A DNA stretch of 64,000 bases from Deltaproteobacteria bacterium (GCA_019307135.1 JAFDKF010000018.1:11321-75320); one strand, 5' to 3'; positions 33,998 through 42,443 are shown, counted from the first letter of the stretch. The notes: generated by a model not told the origin, from the sequence alone. Numbers and translations are program-made.

Positions 33998-34444
33998 ATG
34001 AAAAAAAACAAAATACTATTTGTAGATGACGATCCCAAGATCCTGACAGTAATTGCCTCCGTCCTGGAGCATCGGGGCTACCACGTCACCACAGCTTCAG
34101 GCGGTGAGGCCGCCATTGACGCACTGTGTATGAAGGACTTCGATCTGGTAATCACCGACCTGAACATGCCAGAGATAGACGGTATCGCCGTCGTGAAGAA
34201 AGCCAAAGAGCTAAACCGCGATCGTGGCGTCATGATATTGACCGGTAGTCATGACGCGGCTCTGATTACCGAAGCCCTTCGAGTTGGCGCTGATGACTAT
34301 GTGTTGAAGCCGTGCAAGATGACCGAACTCTGGAGGAGGGTAGACAATTGCCTTGAGAGATCGGAAGTTAGACGAAAGGAGGTATCCTCATGGCATCAAA
34401 TTTCAGAATCTCCATTCACCGAAACAGCGACAACCTGGACCTAA
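33998..34444 (+). CDS. Stand-alone response-regulator receiver
   Basis: Track ORF of 148 aa with the motifs ILFVDDD, VITDLNMPEIDG and YVLKPC. Confidence 0.85.
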   Translation: MKKNKILFVDDDPKILTVIASVLEHRGYHVTTASGGEAAIDALCMKDFDLVITDLNMPEIDGIAVVKKAKELNRDRGVMILTGSHDAALITEALRVGADDYVLKPCKMTELWRRVDNCLERSEVRRKEVSSWHQISESPFTETATTWT

Positions 34445-34683
34445 AACTAATGGGGGATTTCGATGGCACCTCGGCATGCGAGCTCCTCAATGCCATGGAG
34501 GAAAATTGTGACGGCGTCGCAAGGATTTTCGTCAATACCAGTGGTCTGAAGCACATTTATCCTTTTGGCCAGGATACGTTTCAAAATAGTCTTTACCTCC
34601 TTAAGGACCGACCGTTTCGCCTTGTATTTACAGGAGAGAATGCCGGCAGCATAGCACCGGAACGGAACAAGTTCTTCACATGA
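34390..34683 (+). CDS. Hypothetical protein, possibly STAS-like
   Basis: Track ORF of 97 aa with a strong SD (aaggagg) 7 nt upstream. It overlaps the tail of the preceding receiver gene by 55 nt. The pattern LKLMGDFDGTSACELL resembles STAS/anti-sigma-antagonist N-termini, but this is a weak call. Confidence 0.5.
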   Translation: MASNFRISIHRNSDNLDLKLMGDFDGTSACELLNAMEENCDGVARIFVNTSGLKHIYPFGQDTFQNSLYLLKDRPFRLVFTGENAGSIAPERNKFFT

Positions 34684-35012
34684 ACCTGCGCGAAGTAAAT
34701 AGAAGGGAAACTGACCACTTTAGATAAGCACCTAAGGCCTTGGTCAGAAATAACTTGCCATTTTGGCATCTCAGCTTCAGGCCATCTTTGGCTGATTTTC
34801 ATTCGCAAAATCCTCGAAATAGCTGGCTATTCCTGTGGTTTTGCTCAATCAGATCGGCCAATTCTAACCCAAATCTGAGCGCCAGTTCTGCCAAGTTATT
34901 TTTGGCCAAGCCCTAAACCGTTCAAGCATATCGGCTCACGAGTTGGTTCGTTAGCTTGAGGAGCTATATAGGGCAACGTAAAGTTTTCTTCCATTAATAA
35001 GGAGAAACCAAC

Positions 35013-35210
35013 ATGGATCTGTATTACGAAAACGCGGAAGACCTGGGGAGGACCCAGTGGCACGAGGAAACAAGCAACGACGTCGACCAATGGCAACGTT
35101 GGGACGAAGAGCTTGTCGAACAGTTTGGTCGCTGGCTTAGCATTCTTGCGAAGGCATTCGCCGTCTTGCTACTTGCTATTTCTGCTGCAGTTCTTATTCG
35201 ATGGTTCTAA
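35013..35210 (+). CDS. Hypothetical tail-anchored small protein
   Basis: Track ORF of 65 aa with aaggag upstream and a single C-terminal hydrophobic helix. Confidence 0.3.
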   Translation: MDLYYENAEDLGRTQWHEETSNDVDQWQRWDEELVEQFGRWLSILAKAFAVLLLAISAAVLIRWF

Positions 35211-35374
35211 CCGATTCTATGCCGTTCCATGCCAATATGGCTTTGAGAATTGTGGTTTGTGCCGTCGGCTCCGGGAGGCACGGATTGTATCTCAAGAAGC
35301 GGAAAAGATGGCCAAAAAGTGTGAGGATATCTTCAGGCGGATCATGTCAAAGTGAGAAGTAAGAAGGAGGTGAG

Positions 35375-35812
35375 GTGCCCGTATCCCCAGATCTTGTTGC
35401 GGATTCATTGCGAGAAGAAATAACCATTGAAAAACCAGGGGGTGTCATGACAGATTTGGAAAAAGAGATGCCGATCAGGCTCGAGGATATCATCAGTTGG
35501 GCAAAGGCAGGGAAGACGGTCAAGGCGGACGTGGAATTGGCAAAGGAAGACATCGTTCAAAAGGTGCTTGTAGAGGCGGGCGATGTTGAGGAAATATACG
35601 CTTATCTCCTCGGAGGCAATTTCACGTTCGATGTCGACGGTAAGATGTACAAGGTATCAAAGACGTACCTGAGAGGCTATGCTTCTGAATCCATTGAAGT
35701 TGCGGCTGCAAATAGGAACATTGCAAGTGCCAGGTTGAAGATGGATTACGACCGCCTCATGGAAAGTGGAATCGGGTTGGAAGAAAAATACTTCGAAAAG
35801 ATGAGACTTTAG
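35375..35812 (+). CDS. Hypothetical protein
   Basis: Track ORF of 145 aa with a GTG start after aaggagg. I recognised no family. Confidence 0.45.
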   Translation: MPVSPDLVADSLREEITIEKPGGVMTDLEKEMPIRLEDIISWAKAGKTVKADVELAKEDIVQKVLVEAGDVEEIYAYLLGGNFTFDVDGKMYKVSKTYLRGYASESIEVAAANRNIASARLKMDYDRLMESGIGLEEKYFEKMRL

Positions 35813-35958
35813 CCTAAAGTGATCGGTTCCAGGTTCAGGCCCGCCCTGGCGCGACGTGCTTAAATTAATCTACTAAGCTCATAATCCCGGTCTGGGCCAG
35901 GGTCTGGGCCAGGGGTTCTTCAACCGGGAACCGTGAACGTTGAACCGCTCAACCCAGG
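35813..35958. mobile_element. Family C MITE, copy C2, with a 5-bp target duplication
   Basis: It runs from cctaaagtgatcggttccaggttcagg to gaaccgctcaacccagg and is flanked by tttag (35808..35812 and 35959..35963). Confidence 0.75.
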
Positions 35959-36017
35959 TTTAGAGCCGCTTGTCAGACACATAGCACATCCGTTTTCATC
36001 AGGCGAGTTGGATACCA

Positions 36018-36248
36018 ATGTGGTACTACGAGACAAAAGTCGGCACGTTTTCCATTCGCCGGGATCCCAATAAGCCGGGTAGCTGGCTTTTATGTATGGA
36101 CGCTGTGGAACTCGGTTCTTATGCCTCTCCTGAGTTGGCTGCTAGCGATGTATACAAGCAATCTACTGCATGGGATGAATGGGACACGCTTGAAGATGTC
36201 ACCATTCCAACGGACCTGGATGAATGGGTGATAAGTAAGCCCTATTAA
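36018..36248 (+). CDS. Hypothetical small protein
   Basis: Track ORF of 76 aa. I recognised no family. Confidence 0.45.
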   Translation: MWYYETKVGTFSIRRDPNKPGSWLLCMDAVELGSYASPELAASDVYKQSTAWDEWDTLEDVTIPTDLDEWVISKPY

Positions 36249-36355
36249 TCGGGAAACGTTGAATTGCGTAAGCAACCTGTGCATCCCTCAAGATTTCAGC
36301 CTACCCTAACATGTCAGCAACATCAAACACATCGACATAACCGCGTTCTTGACGA

Positions 36356-36538
36356 TCAGCGTCTCGACCTACGAGACACTTCCTTCTTCAACAGTTTTGA
36401 AGCTTCCTCACCTAGGGCCGCAAAGCGCTCCTCGATGCATTCGGTGATAATCCGCAGCATGGACTTTCCTTCGAGCGCTGAAAGGATTTTCAATTTTGCG
36501 TGGGCCTCATCACTGAGCCTTGCTGTCATCTTTTTCAT
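36356..36538 (-). CDS. Ribbon-helix-helix (CopG/Arc-like) protein, orphan antitoxin-like
   Basis: The ATG at 36538 lies 5 nt after aaggagg. MKKMTARLSDEAHAKLKILSALEGKSM fits the RHH beta-strand plus helix pattern. No adjacent toxin ORF is present. Confidence 0.6.
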   Translation of the reverse strand: MKKMTARLSDEAHAKLKILSALEGKSMLRIITECIEERFAALGEEASKLLKKEVSRRSRR

Positions 36539-36614
36539 ACCATACCCCTCCTTGCCGTAATATCGGCAAGACGGCAAACATCCTTTACAACAAAAATCTA
36601 TTTGGCGTATTTCA

Positions 36615-36792
36615 GTAACTTCTCAATAACTTCGGGCTTAGGGCTCACCCTGCCCTCTCCCCCGTGGGGGAGAGGGTTTAGCCTGCCCTAGTGCGACAGG
36701 CATAAATCAAGCTCTAACCCGTCCAAACCAGGTCTGGGCCAAGGGTGAGGGGGGATCAACAAATACACGGACTTTTTGAGAAGAGAAGTCAC
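36615..36792. mobile_element. Family H MITE, copy H2
   Basis: The termini are gtaacttctcaataacttcggg and cggactttttgagaagagaagtcac. The flanking 8-mers are gtatttca and ctatttca (7 of 8 identical). Confidence 0.7.
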
Positions 36793-37011
36793 CTATTTCA
36801 TGAATTCTTATGTGAATTTATTGCATTTTCGTGTGGCGGGCGGTTCGCTTTGACAGCTTGCCGTCTTTATGATATATGGGCTTAACCTTTACGTATTGTA
36901 AAAAAAAATGACACAGATAGGCGCTCTATCCTTTTCAAAGCCTACCCTTCTATTCACTTAATATCAATTATATGAATAACCTGCTGCAATTTTATCGACA
37001 GCATCGTATCT

Positions 37012-37026
37012 TGGTACACCCTTTGC
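37012..37026 (+). promoter_or_regulatory. Sigma-54 (-24/-12) promoter P4
   Basis: cTTGGTACaccctTTGCCa has GG-N10-GC spacing. MITE C3 begins 10 nt downstream. Confidence 0.65.
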
Positions 37027-37036
37027 CACTTAATTA

Positions 37037-37202
37037 CCTAAAGTGATCGGTTCCAGGTTCAGGGTTCAAGGTTCAGGGTTGACAACCTTTGAACCTATAA
37101 ACTTTGAACGGTGAACTTTCTTTATTGACGCGTCATCCTTTTGTTAACAGCCAGTTAGGGCTCTTCAACCGGGAACCGTGAACGTTGAACCGCTTAACCC
37201 AG
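37037..37202. mobile_element. Family C MITE, copy C3, with a 5-bp target duplication
   Basis: It is flanked by aatta (37032..37036 and 37203..37207), with termini as in C1 and C2. Confidence 0.8.
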
Positions 37203-37332
37203 GAATTAGTAAAGCCCTTTTCGTGGCACCGAGAAACCTTGGACATTTTCAACGACGAATTGTGGTGTTTTTGAAAAACCGTAAGGGCAAAAGTTTCGTA
37301 AAAGTTTCATCAGTCTCTTGTGGACCAATCTT

Positions 37333-38586
37333 ATGAATTTAGCGCTCAAGACCGCTGATACGGCTATACCTTATGATCCGCGCAAAATTTTGATAGTCGA
37401 CGATGAACCTCGCATGTGTGACAGCCTGAAGGCTTTGTTAAGCAGTGAGGGCTATGAAATACACATATATAATAGTGGCAAAGAGGCTATAAAGCACCTA
37501 GAAAAGAATCGTGTCGACTTGGTTCTTCTGGATATAGTTATGCCGGAAATAGATGGGCACCGGGTCATGGATTACATAAATAGTCAGGACACAGAGACCT
37601 TAGTCATTTTCATAACGGGGTACGCTTCCGTAGAATCAGCCATAGAGGCTCTTAGGGGTAGGGCCTACGATTACCTGAAAAAGCCGTTTGAGTATGAGGA
37701 ATTGTTAAAGGCAGTCAAAAATGCTCTTGATGAAAAAGCGTTAAGAAGTGAACGGAAGCGAGTCGAGGAGGCACTTCGCAAAGCTCGGGATGAACTGGAA
37801 CTCAGGGTGAAGGAGGAAACTGCGGAACTGACAAGGACTAATGAACTACTTCACCAGGAGATCATAGGGCGCAAGCGGGCGGGGGATCAGATTCGCAGGC
37901 TGAGCCACGAGCTTTTAGTGGCGCAAGAAAGTGAGCGGCAAAGGATTTCTCGTGAGTTGCACGACGTGTTGGGGCAAGAGCTTTCTGCCTTGAAAATCGG
38001 CCTTGACACCTTTATTGATAATCAAGCGGAAGTGCCTCCTGGCACAAGACAAAGGCTGGCCGAACTTTCCAAAACGGTTCGGGGAACTATAATGTCTGTC
38101 AGAGATCTGGCCTATAACTTACGGCCGCCCAGTCTGGATCAGCTCGGACTTGGTCAGACGATTCTCCAGTGTTGCGAAGAGTTCTCCGCCAAGAGCGAAG
38201 TAAAGGTTGACTTTTTTGCCACCGGCATAGATAAGTCAACACTCGATTTTAATACGAAAATTAACCTGTACCGCCTGATTCAAGAAGGGCTCAACAACGT
38301 TAAGAAACATGCTGACGCCACCGAAGTGACCATCCGGTTGGTCGCCTCTTTTCCTGACATTATTCTTCGCATCGAAGACAATGGCAAAGGTTTTGACATT
38401 CAGAATCGATTGGCCTCAGCACTTGATGAAAAACGTATGGGACTTCGGAGCATGGAAGAAAGGGTGGCGCTGCTTGGCGGAAAAATGAGGATCGAATCCC
38501 GCGCCATGCAGGGCACGAAAATTCTTATAGAGATCCCTATCAAGGACAAAAAGAGCGGCCAAAAAGAAAACCGTTCTGATTGTTGA
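37333..38586 (+). CDS. Hybrid sensor kinase (REC + coiled coil + HisKA_3 + HATPase_c), paralogue of 30744..32189
   Basis: The track ORF begins at 37318 (TTG), but ATG 37333 is more likely. Motifs are ILIVDDEP and [15 protein letters not shown]. The 3' third is nearly identical in DNA to copy 1. The stop is displaced 7 codons because the ancestral TAA is now AAA. Confidence 0.85.
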   Translation: MNLALKTADTAIPYDPRKILIVDDEPRMCDSLKALLSSEGYEIHIYNSGKEAIKHLEKNRVDLVLLDIVMPEIDGHRVMDYINSQDTETLVIFITGYASVESAIEALRGRAYDYLKKPFEYEELLKAVKNALDEKALRSERKRVEEALRKARDELELRVKEETAELTRTNELLHQEIIGRKRAGDQIRRLSHELLVAQESERQRISRELHDVLGQELSALKIGLDTFIDNQAEVPPGTRQRLAELSKTVRGTIMSVRDLAYNLRPPSLDQLGLGQTILQCCEEFSAKSEVKVDFFATGIDKSTLDFNTKINLYRLIQEGLNNVKKHADATEVTIRLVASFPDIILRIEDNGKGFDIQNRLASALDEKRMGLRSMEERVALLGGKMRIESRAMQGTKILIEIPIKDKKSGQKENRSDC

Positions 38587-38751
38587 CGGCCATCCCCTTT
38601 TCAGGGAGGGTCTCAAGTCCCTTATATCCCGCAACCCAAGGTTCGAGGTGGTTGGGGAAGCCGGAAGAGGCATTCCAGGCATGGGCTACTGGATATGTGG
38701 TGAAAGAATCAGCCACTGACAGGCTGGTGCAGGCGCTGGAAGCCGTGTCAA
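38555..38751 (+). pseudogene. Remnant of a NarL-family response regulator (paralogue of 32179..32856)
   Basis: The GTG start is changed to GCG. A 170-bp internal deletion (equivalent to 32291..32460) shifts the frame. A second deletion removes everything after the equivalent of ~32546, including the LuxR HTH. Track ORF 38580..38828 is a chimeric reading of this remnant. Confidence 0.8.
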
Positions 38752-38955
38752 TAGAAACCCTTCTTATTGGTTATTTCTGCCACCTGTCCTTAGGACAAAT
38801 TCCCATCTACTGGGGATTTCCCTCATAAAAATGAGTGCCTTCCCCTATGGACAAATCATACAAAAACCGTCATACGATGCAGAAACGCTCCGGAAAATAG
38901 CAAGGGATGAGAAAACGTACAGGCAACCAAAAGCCCATTGCTAGGGAGGAACAAA

Positions 38956-39360
38956 ATGAACAACATCTTAATCGTCGATGACGTAGAGTGCGTTTCTGCT
39001 GTGCTTCAACAAATTTTGTCCCGGTCTGGTTATCATGCCGAGATCGCGGCCGGAGGTCACGAAGGCATCCAAATGTTTGATACTACACCCTTTGATTTAG
39101 TCATAACAGACATCAAGATGCCTGGTATTGACGGGTATGGGGTGGCTCGACACATTCGCAAATCTCACAGATCCTCCACACCAATTATAGGCATTTCGGG
39201 CACGCCATGGCTTTTGGATGGCGATGAATTTGACTGGGTCATACCAAAACCTTTTGGGCTCCAGGCCCTCTTGGACGCTGTGGAAAACCTGATAGGTCAC
39301 ACAGTGACTTCTTGCCAAGATTCCCCCGACAGCGTGAACCAACCTACTCAAAACGTTTAA
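38956..39360 (+). CDS. Stand-alone response-regulator receiver
   Basis: The ATG at 38956 follows gggagga. Motifs are ILIVDDV, VITDIKMPGIDG and IPKPF. Confidence 0.85.
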   Translation: MNNILIVDDVECVSAVLQQILSRSGYHAEIAAGGHEGIQMFDTTPFDLVITDIKMPGIDGYGVARHIRKSHRSSTPIIGISGTPWLLDGDEFDWVIPKPFGLQALLDAVENLIGHTVTSCQDSPDSVNQPTQNV

Positions 39361-39400
39361 GAGGCTTCGGACTTGCCTCTGAGAAATAGGGGACAAAAAC

Positions 39401-39619
39401 ATGTCAAAGCCTCAACAGGCGACAAAATCGTTGGATTTCAAAAATAGTTTTTTGGATATGACAGAGCTGATCAGAAGCATACAGCGTGCTGATGGAAACC
39501 CTGCTTGCTTCGGCACAGCACAGGGGTATTGTGACCAGGTCAATTGCGCCTGGCGCCGCTACTGCCTCGAAAAGCCACAGCAGTTTCTGAACGGGGGCAA
39601 GACTCATGAAGATGAATAG
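39401..39619 (+). CDS. Cys4 mini-protein of unknown function, copy 2
   Basis: Track ORF of 72 aa with the same C-x7-C-x4-C-x5-C core and the same ggggaCAAAAAC-start context as copy 1. Confidence 0.6.
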   Translation: MSKPQQATKSLDFKNSFLDMTELIRSIQRADGNPACFGTAQGYCDQVNCAWRRYCLEKPQQFLNGGKTHEDE

Positions 39620-39687
39620 AGAGGAAGTTAGCCGCACCGCAATTGCAATATTGCAATGGTGGAATGATGGGTTGAAAGGAGGAAGCC

Positions 39688-39861
39688 TTGGAGAAAATAG
39701 TGATTGTAACCAGCCAACCAAAGCCTGATTATGGTTTACTTGAATTAGTCAGTACAGCGTTCCCTGACTGCGAGATCCAAATTGTTTTCAGGGGGATTGA
39801 AACCTTTGAGCAGTTTCAGGCCAACTGCTTTTCAGGACCGTTTACGACTGACACAACATAG
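39688..39861 (+). CDS. Possible 57-aa ORF (below the track threshold)
   Basis: A TTG start lies 6 nt after aaaggagg, and the frame is open to TAG 39859..39861 (LEKIVIVTSQPKPDYGLLELV...). Only its last ~30 nt are retained at the paralogous locus. Confidence 0.25.
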   Translation: MEKIVIVTSQPKPDYGLLELVSTAFPDCEIQIVFRGIETFEQFQANCFSGPFTTDTT

Positions 39862-39866
39862 GGGGC

Positions 39867-40292
39867 ATGATGACCAAGATTCTGATTGTCGATGACCAGC
39901 CGTGCGTTCGGGAACTCCTTTCCGAAGAACTGATCTCTGAGGGGTACCAGGTTGCAATGGCAGGCGATGTCGAATCAGTCAGGGGACATTTGAGATTTTC
40001 AAAACCGGATTTGGTGCTTCTCGACCCGTACCTGGATGGGGCTGAGGGATTTGGGGTGTTGCGTGATATCAAGGGGCAAAACCCTAATCTGCCTGTTATT
40101 ATCTTTACCGCCTACGATAGCTATGTAGATGACCCGCGGCTATCTCAGACCGATGGCTACGTGATCAAAAGTATTGTCCTTGATGAATTAAAAGGAAAGA
40201 TAGCCGATGTCCTCAGGCGGAAACCGTCGCTTCAAGAGGAGGTCGACTCGAAGATACATTTCCCCCAATTTAGCGCGGCGCATGGATTTTGA
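39867..40292 (+). CDS. Stand-alone response-regulator receiver (paralogue of 33516..33935)
   Basis: Track ORF of 141 aa, colinear with 33516..33935. Confidence 0.85.
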   Translation: MMTKILIVDDQPCVRELLSEELISEGYQVAMAGDVESVRGHLRFSKPDLVLLDPYLDGAEGFGVLRDIKGQNPNLPVIIFTAYDSYVDDPRLSQTDGYVIKSIVLDELKGKIADVLRRKPSLQEEVDSKIHFPQFSAAHGF

Positions 40293-40360
40293 TGAGATCT
40301 GGAGCAATTGAGGAAGGGGTATAGGTTTTAAGAAAATCTTTTTGGGGATACAGACTTACA

Positions 40361-40628
40361 GTAACTTCTCAATAGGTTCGGGGAAGTTACCTGAAATCAA
40401 GCCCGCGGACAGGGAATTAAATTTGAAAACGTCTGAAACTCGCTTATAAGTGAGCCTAAAGAAAAAAGAGTATTGATGACGTTAAAACACATGTCCTTAG
40501 ACTTGAAATTCATATGTGCTAACGAAAGGATCAGAAAGCCGCCTCTTTTTTCTTAAGGCTCACTAATGCGTTCAGACAGTCAGACGTTTTCAAATTTAAC
40601 CCCCCTGTTGGCTCAGGTTATTGAGAAG
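40361..40628. mobile_element. Family H-like palindromic MITE, copy H3
   Basis: The long inverted arms are gtaacttctcaataggttc...aaatttgaaaacgtctga and tcagacgttttcaaattt...ggttattgagaag. There is a second inner inverted repeat, gtgagcctaaagaaaaaagag / ctcttttttcttaaggctcac. Confidence 0.7.
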
Positions 40629-40718
40629 ATATGATTTACACGGATAAGCACAGATCATCATAGTATATTAAAATCCGTGTTAATCCGTGTCCAAATTCTT
40701 TTTCTGAAAGGCTATACC

Positions 40719-41159
40719 ATGACAAAAATCCTTGTTGTAGACGACGAGAACGTGCTCTGCCAGCTTTATGCTGAAGAGCTCAGCAGCGAAGACTACGAAG
40801 TCATCTCCACCAGTGACTGCGAAGGACTCATGGAGATGATTGAGCAACAGAGGCCGGACCTCATCGTGTTAGACATTAGAATGGGCGAATATGACGGACT
40901 TGATCTCCTCCAGGATATTCGAAATACATACTATAACATGCCAGTGATTCTGTGCTCGGCGTATTCTTCTTTCAAACATGATCTGAAGTCCATTGCTGCC
41001 GACTCCTATGTTGTCAAGAGTGCGGATTTAACCGAATTAAAAGTCAAGATTAACACGGCCCTGGAAGGGCACCGCATCAGTGCTGACAGCAAAGCGTGCG
41101 AAGAAAATGGGGGGCAAGGCAATGAAAAAAGCTACGGAAGCCCTTCGACTTGGTGGTGA
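40719..41159 (+). CDS. Stand-alone response-regulator receiver
   Basis: ATG 40719 starts MTKILVVDDE. Further motifs are IVLDIRMGEYDG and YVVKS. Confidence 0.8.
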   Translation: MTKILVVDDENVLCQLYAEELSSEDYEVISTSDCEGLMEMIEQQRPDLIVLDIRMGEYDGLDLLQDIRNTYYNMPVILCSAYSSFKHDLKSIAADSYVVKSADLTELKVKINTALEGHRISADSKACEENGGQGNEKSYGSPSTWW

Positions 41160-41182
41160 TGACTACATGTTGAAGGCATAGA
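41108..41182 (+). pseudogene. Possible relic of the 3' end of another receiver domain
   Basis: In another frame the sequence reads MGGKAMKKATEALRLGGDDYMLKA-stop, which is the alpha4-beta5 signature of REC domains with no upstream REC sequence. It abuts a repeat element. Confidence 0.3.
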
Positions 41183-41228
41183 GGTCGGAGGTCAGAGGTC
41201 AGAGGTCGGAGGTCAGATTTGATCTCTC
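41178..41228. repeat. Family A core fragment (A8) at the border of the hsp20 duplication
   Basis: catagaggtcggaggtcagaggtcagaggtcggaggtcagatttgatctct. Confidence 0.5.
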
Positions 41229-41436
41229 GTTCCAATCGTGCGGGGATAAACCCCGCCCCTACGTAAGGTCGGGATTTACTCCCGGAGCGAAAAGCACCAC
41301 AAAGTCCCCCTTTTTTAAAGGGGGATTTAGGGGGATTTTAGAAAGGGGGGCATTTTCTCCCACACAGGCACAGAAGCGAGGAAACAGAATAATGTGGGGA
41401 AGTAGACCTAGTTATCAGGTGAAAGGAGTGATGATT

Positions 41437-41883
41437 ATGACAGACATGATTCCATGGACAACCGGAGAGTTAGGCCGATTGCGGCAAGAGATGGACAGTC
41501 TCTTTGAGAGATTCTTTGAAGGTTTCCCGCGGCTTGGCTTGACCAGGAGAACGGGGCTAACACCATCGATCGATCTTTCTGAGACCAAGGACGACATTAT
41601 CGTGAAGGCTGAAATCCCTGGGATAGATAGCAAGGATGTCGATATTTCCCTGTATGGCAATGTCTTGAGCATCAAGGGAGAAAGGAGGCAAGAAAAAGTG
41701 GACGAAGATGAGGAGTTTCATCGTATTGAACGGTCCTATGGAGCCTTCTCCCGCAGCGTGAGCCTCCCGTGTGAGGTAGAAGAAAAGAATATAACAGCGA
41801 CATATGAAAAGGGCGTGCTGAAAATCAGGCTTCCGAAATGCGAGCCGTCCAAGCCAAGACGGATCAAGATTGACGTCAAGTAG
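41437..41883 (+). CDS. Small heat-shock protein (Hsp20/alpha-crystallin), copy 2
   Basis: It is colinear with copy 1 with only a few substitutions, and about 190 bp of upstream sequence is duplicated as well. Confidence 0.9.
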   Translation: MTDMIPWTTGELGRLRQEMDSLFERFFEGFPRLGLTRRTGLTPSIDLSETKDDIIVKAEIPGIDSKDVDISLYGNVLSIKGERRQEKVDEDEEFHRIERSYGAFSRSVSLPCEVEEKNITATYEKGVLKIRLPKCEPSKPRRIKIDVK

Positions 41884-42362
41884 CTATTATCCCCACTTTG
41901 GGGGAGAGTAATTTTTCCTTTTGTCTGCTGTGTTCGTTGTAAGGCTGTACCTGACAGCAAGTTTCTTCACTCAAAAGGCCCCTTGAGAAACTGCCTTCAG
42001 CCCTGGCGGCACAAGCGGATAGTGTAAGCCCCCTGCATGTAAGGGGGCTTACACATATCAGGAGTAGAACTCATAAAATCGCTGGGCGATTTTATGACTC
42101 AAAGTAAGGAAGAAGTTGCCATACCCACATCTCCCCTCCCCTGGCGGCCTACGCCTCGTAGAGCCTACTCCGCTACCTTTGCCCGATACTCATTATGGTC
42201 AAAATTAGAATTGCTGTGTCTGATTTTTCTTGGAATCGGAGCCCTTTGACTACAAGCTCAAAACCCTGTATTGTTGTTATACGACTCTGCGAGACGGACA
42301 CAAATCACGGGGTTGCGAAACTAGCAGAGTTCAAATGAACTTAGTTCGCTTCGCTCACAATT

Positions 42363-42443
42363 GGTCGAGTAGTTGAGTAGTTAAGTGGTTGAGTGGTCCA
42401 ACGACCTCACAACTTAACCACTCGACCACTCGACCACTCAACT
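42363..42443. repeat. Hairpin repeat, family I
   Basis: ggtcgagtagttgagtagttaagtggttgagtgg pairs with ccactcgaccactcgaccactcaac. Confidence 0.6.

Noticed and set aside
35113-35355. An 80-aa ORF overlapping 35013..35210 in another frame
   Set aside because: It has no ribosome-binding site, and its first half is a hydrophobic shadow of the overlapping ORF. It may hide a very short real ORF near its 3' end, but I cannot support one.
38580-38828. An 82-aa track ORF downstream of the second hybrid kinase
   Set aside because: It is a chimeric frame across the deleted NarL-type regulator remnant and the conserved non-coding block. I annotate it as a pseudogene instead.
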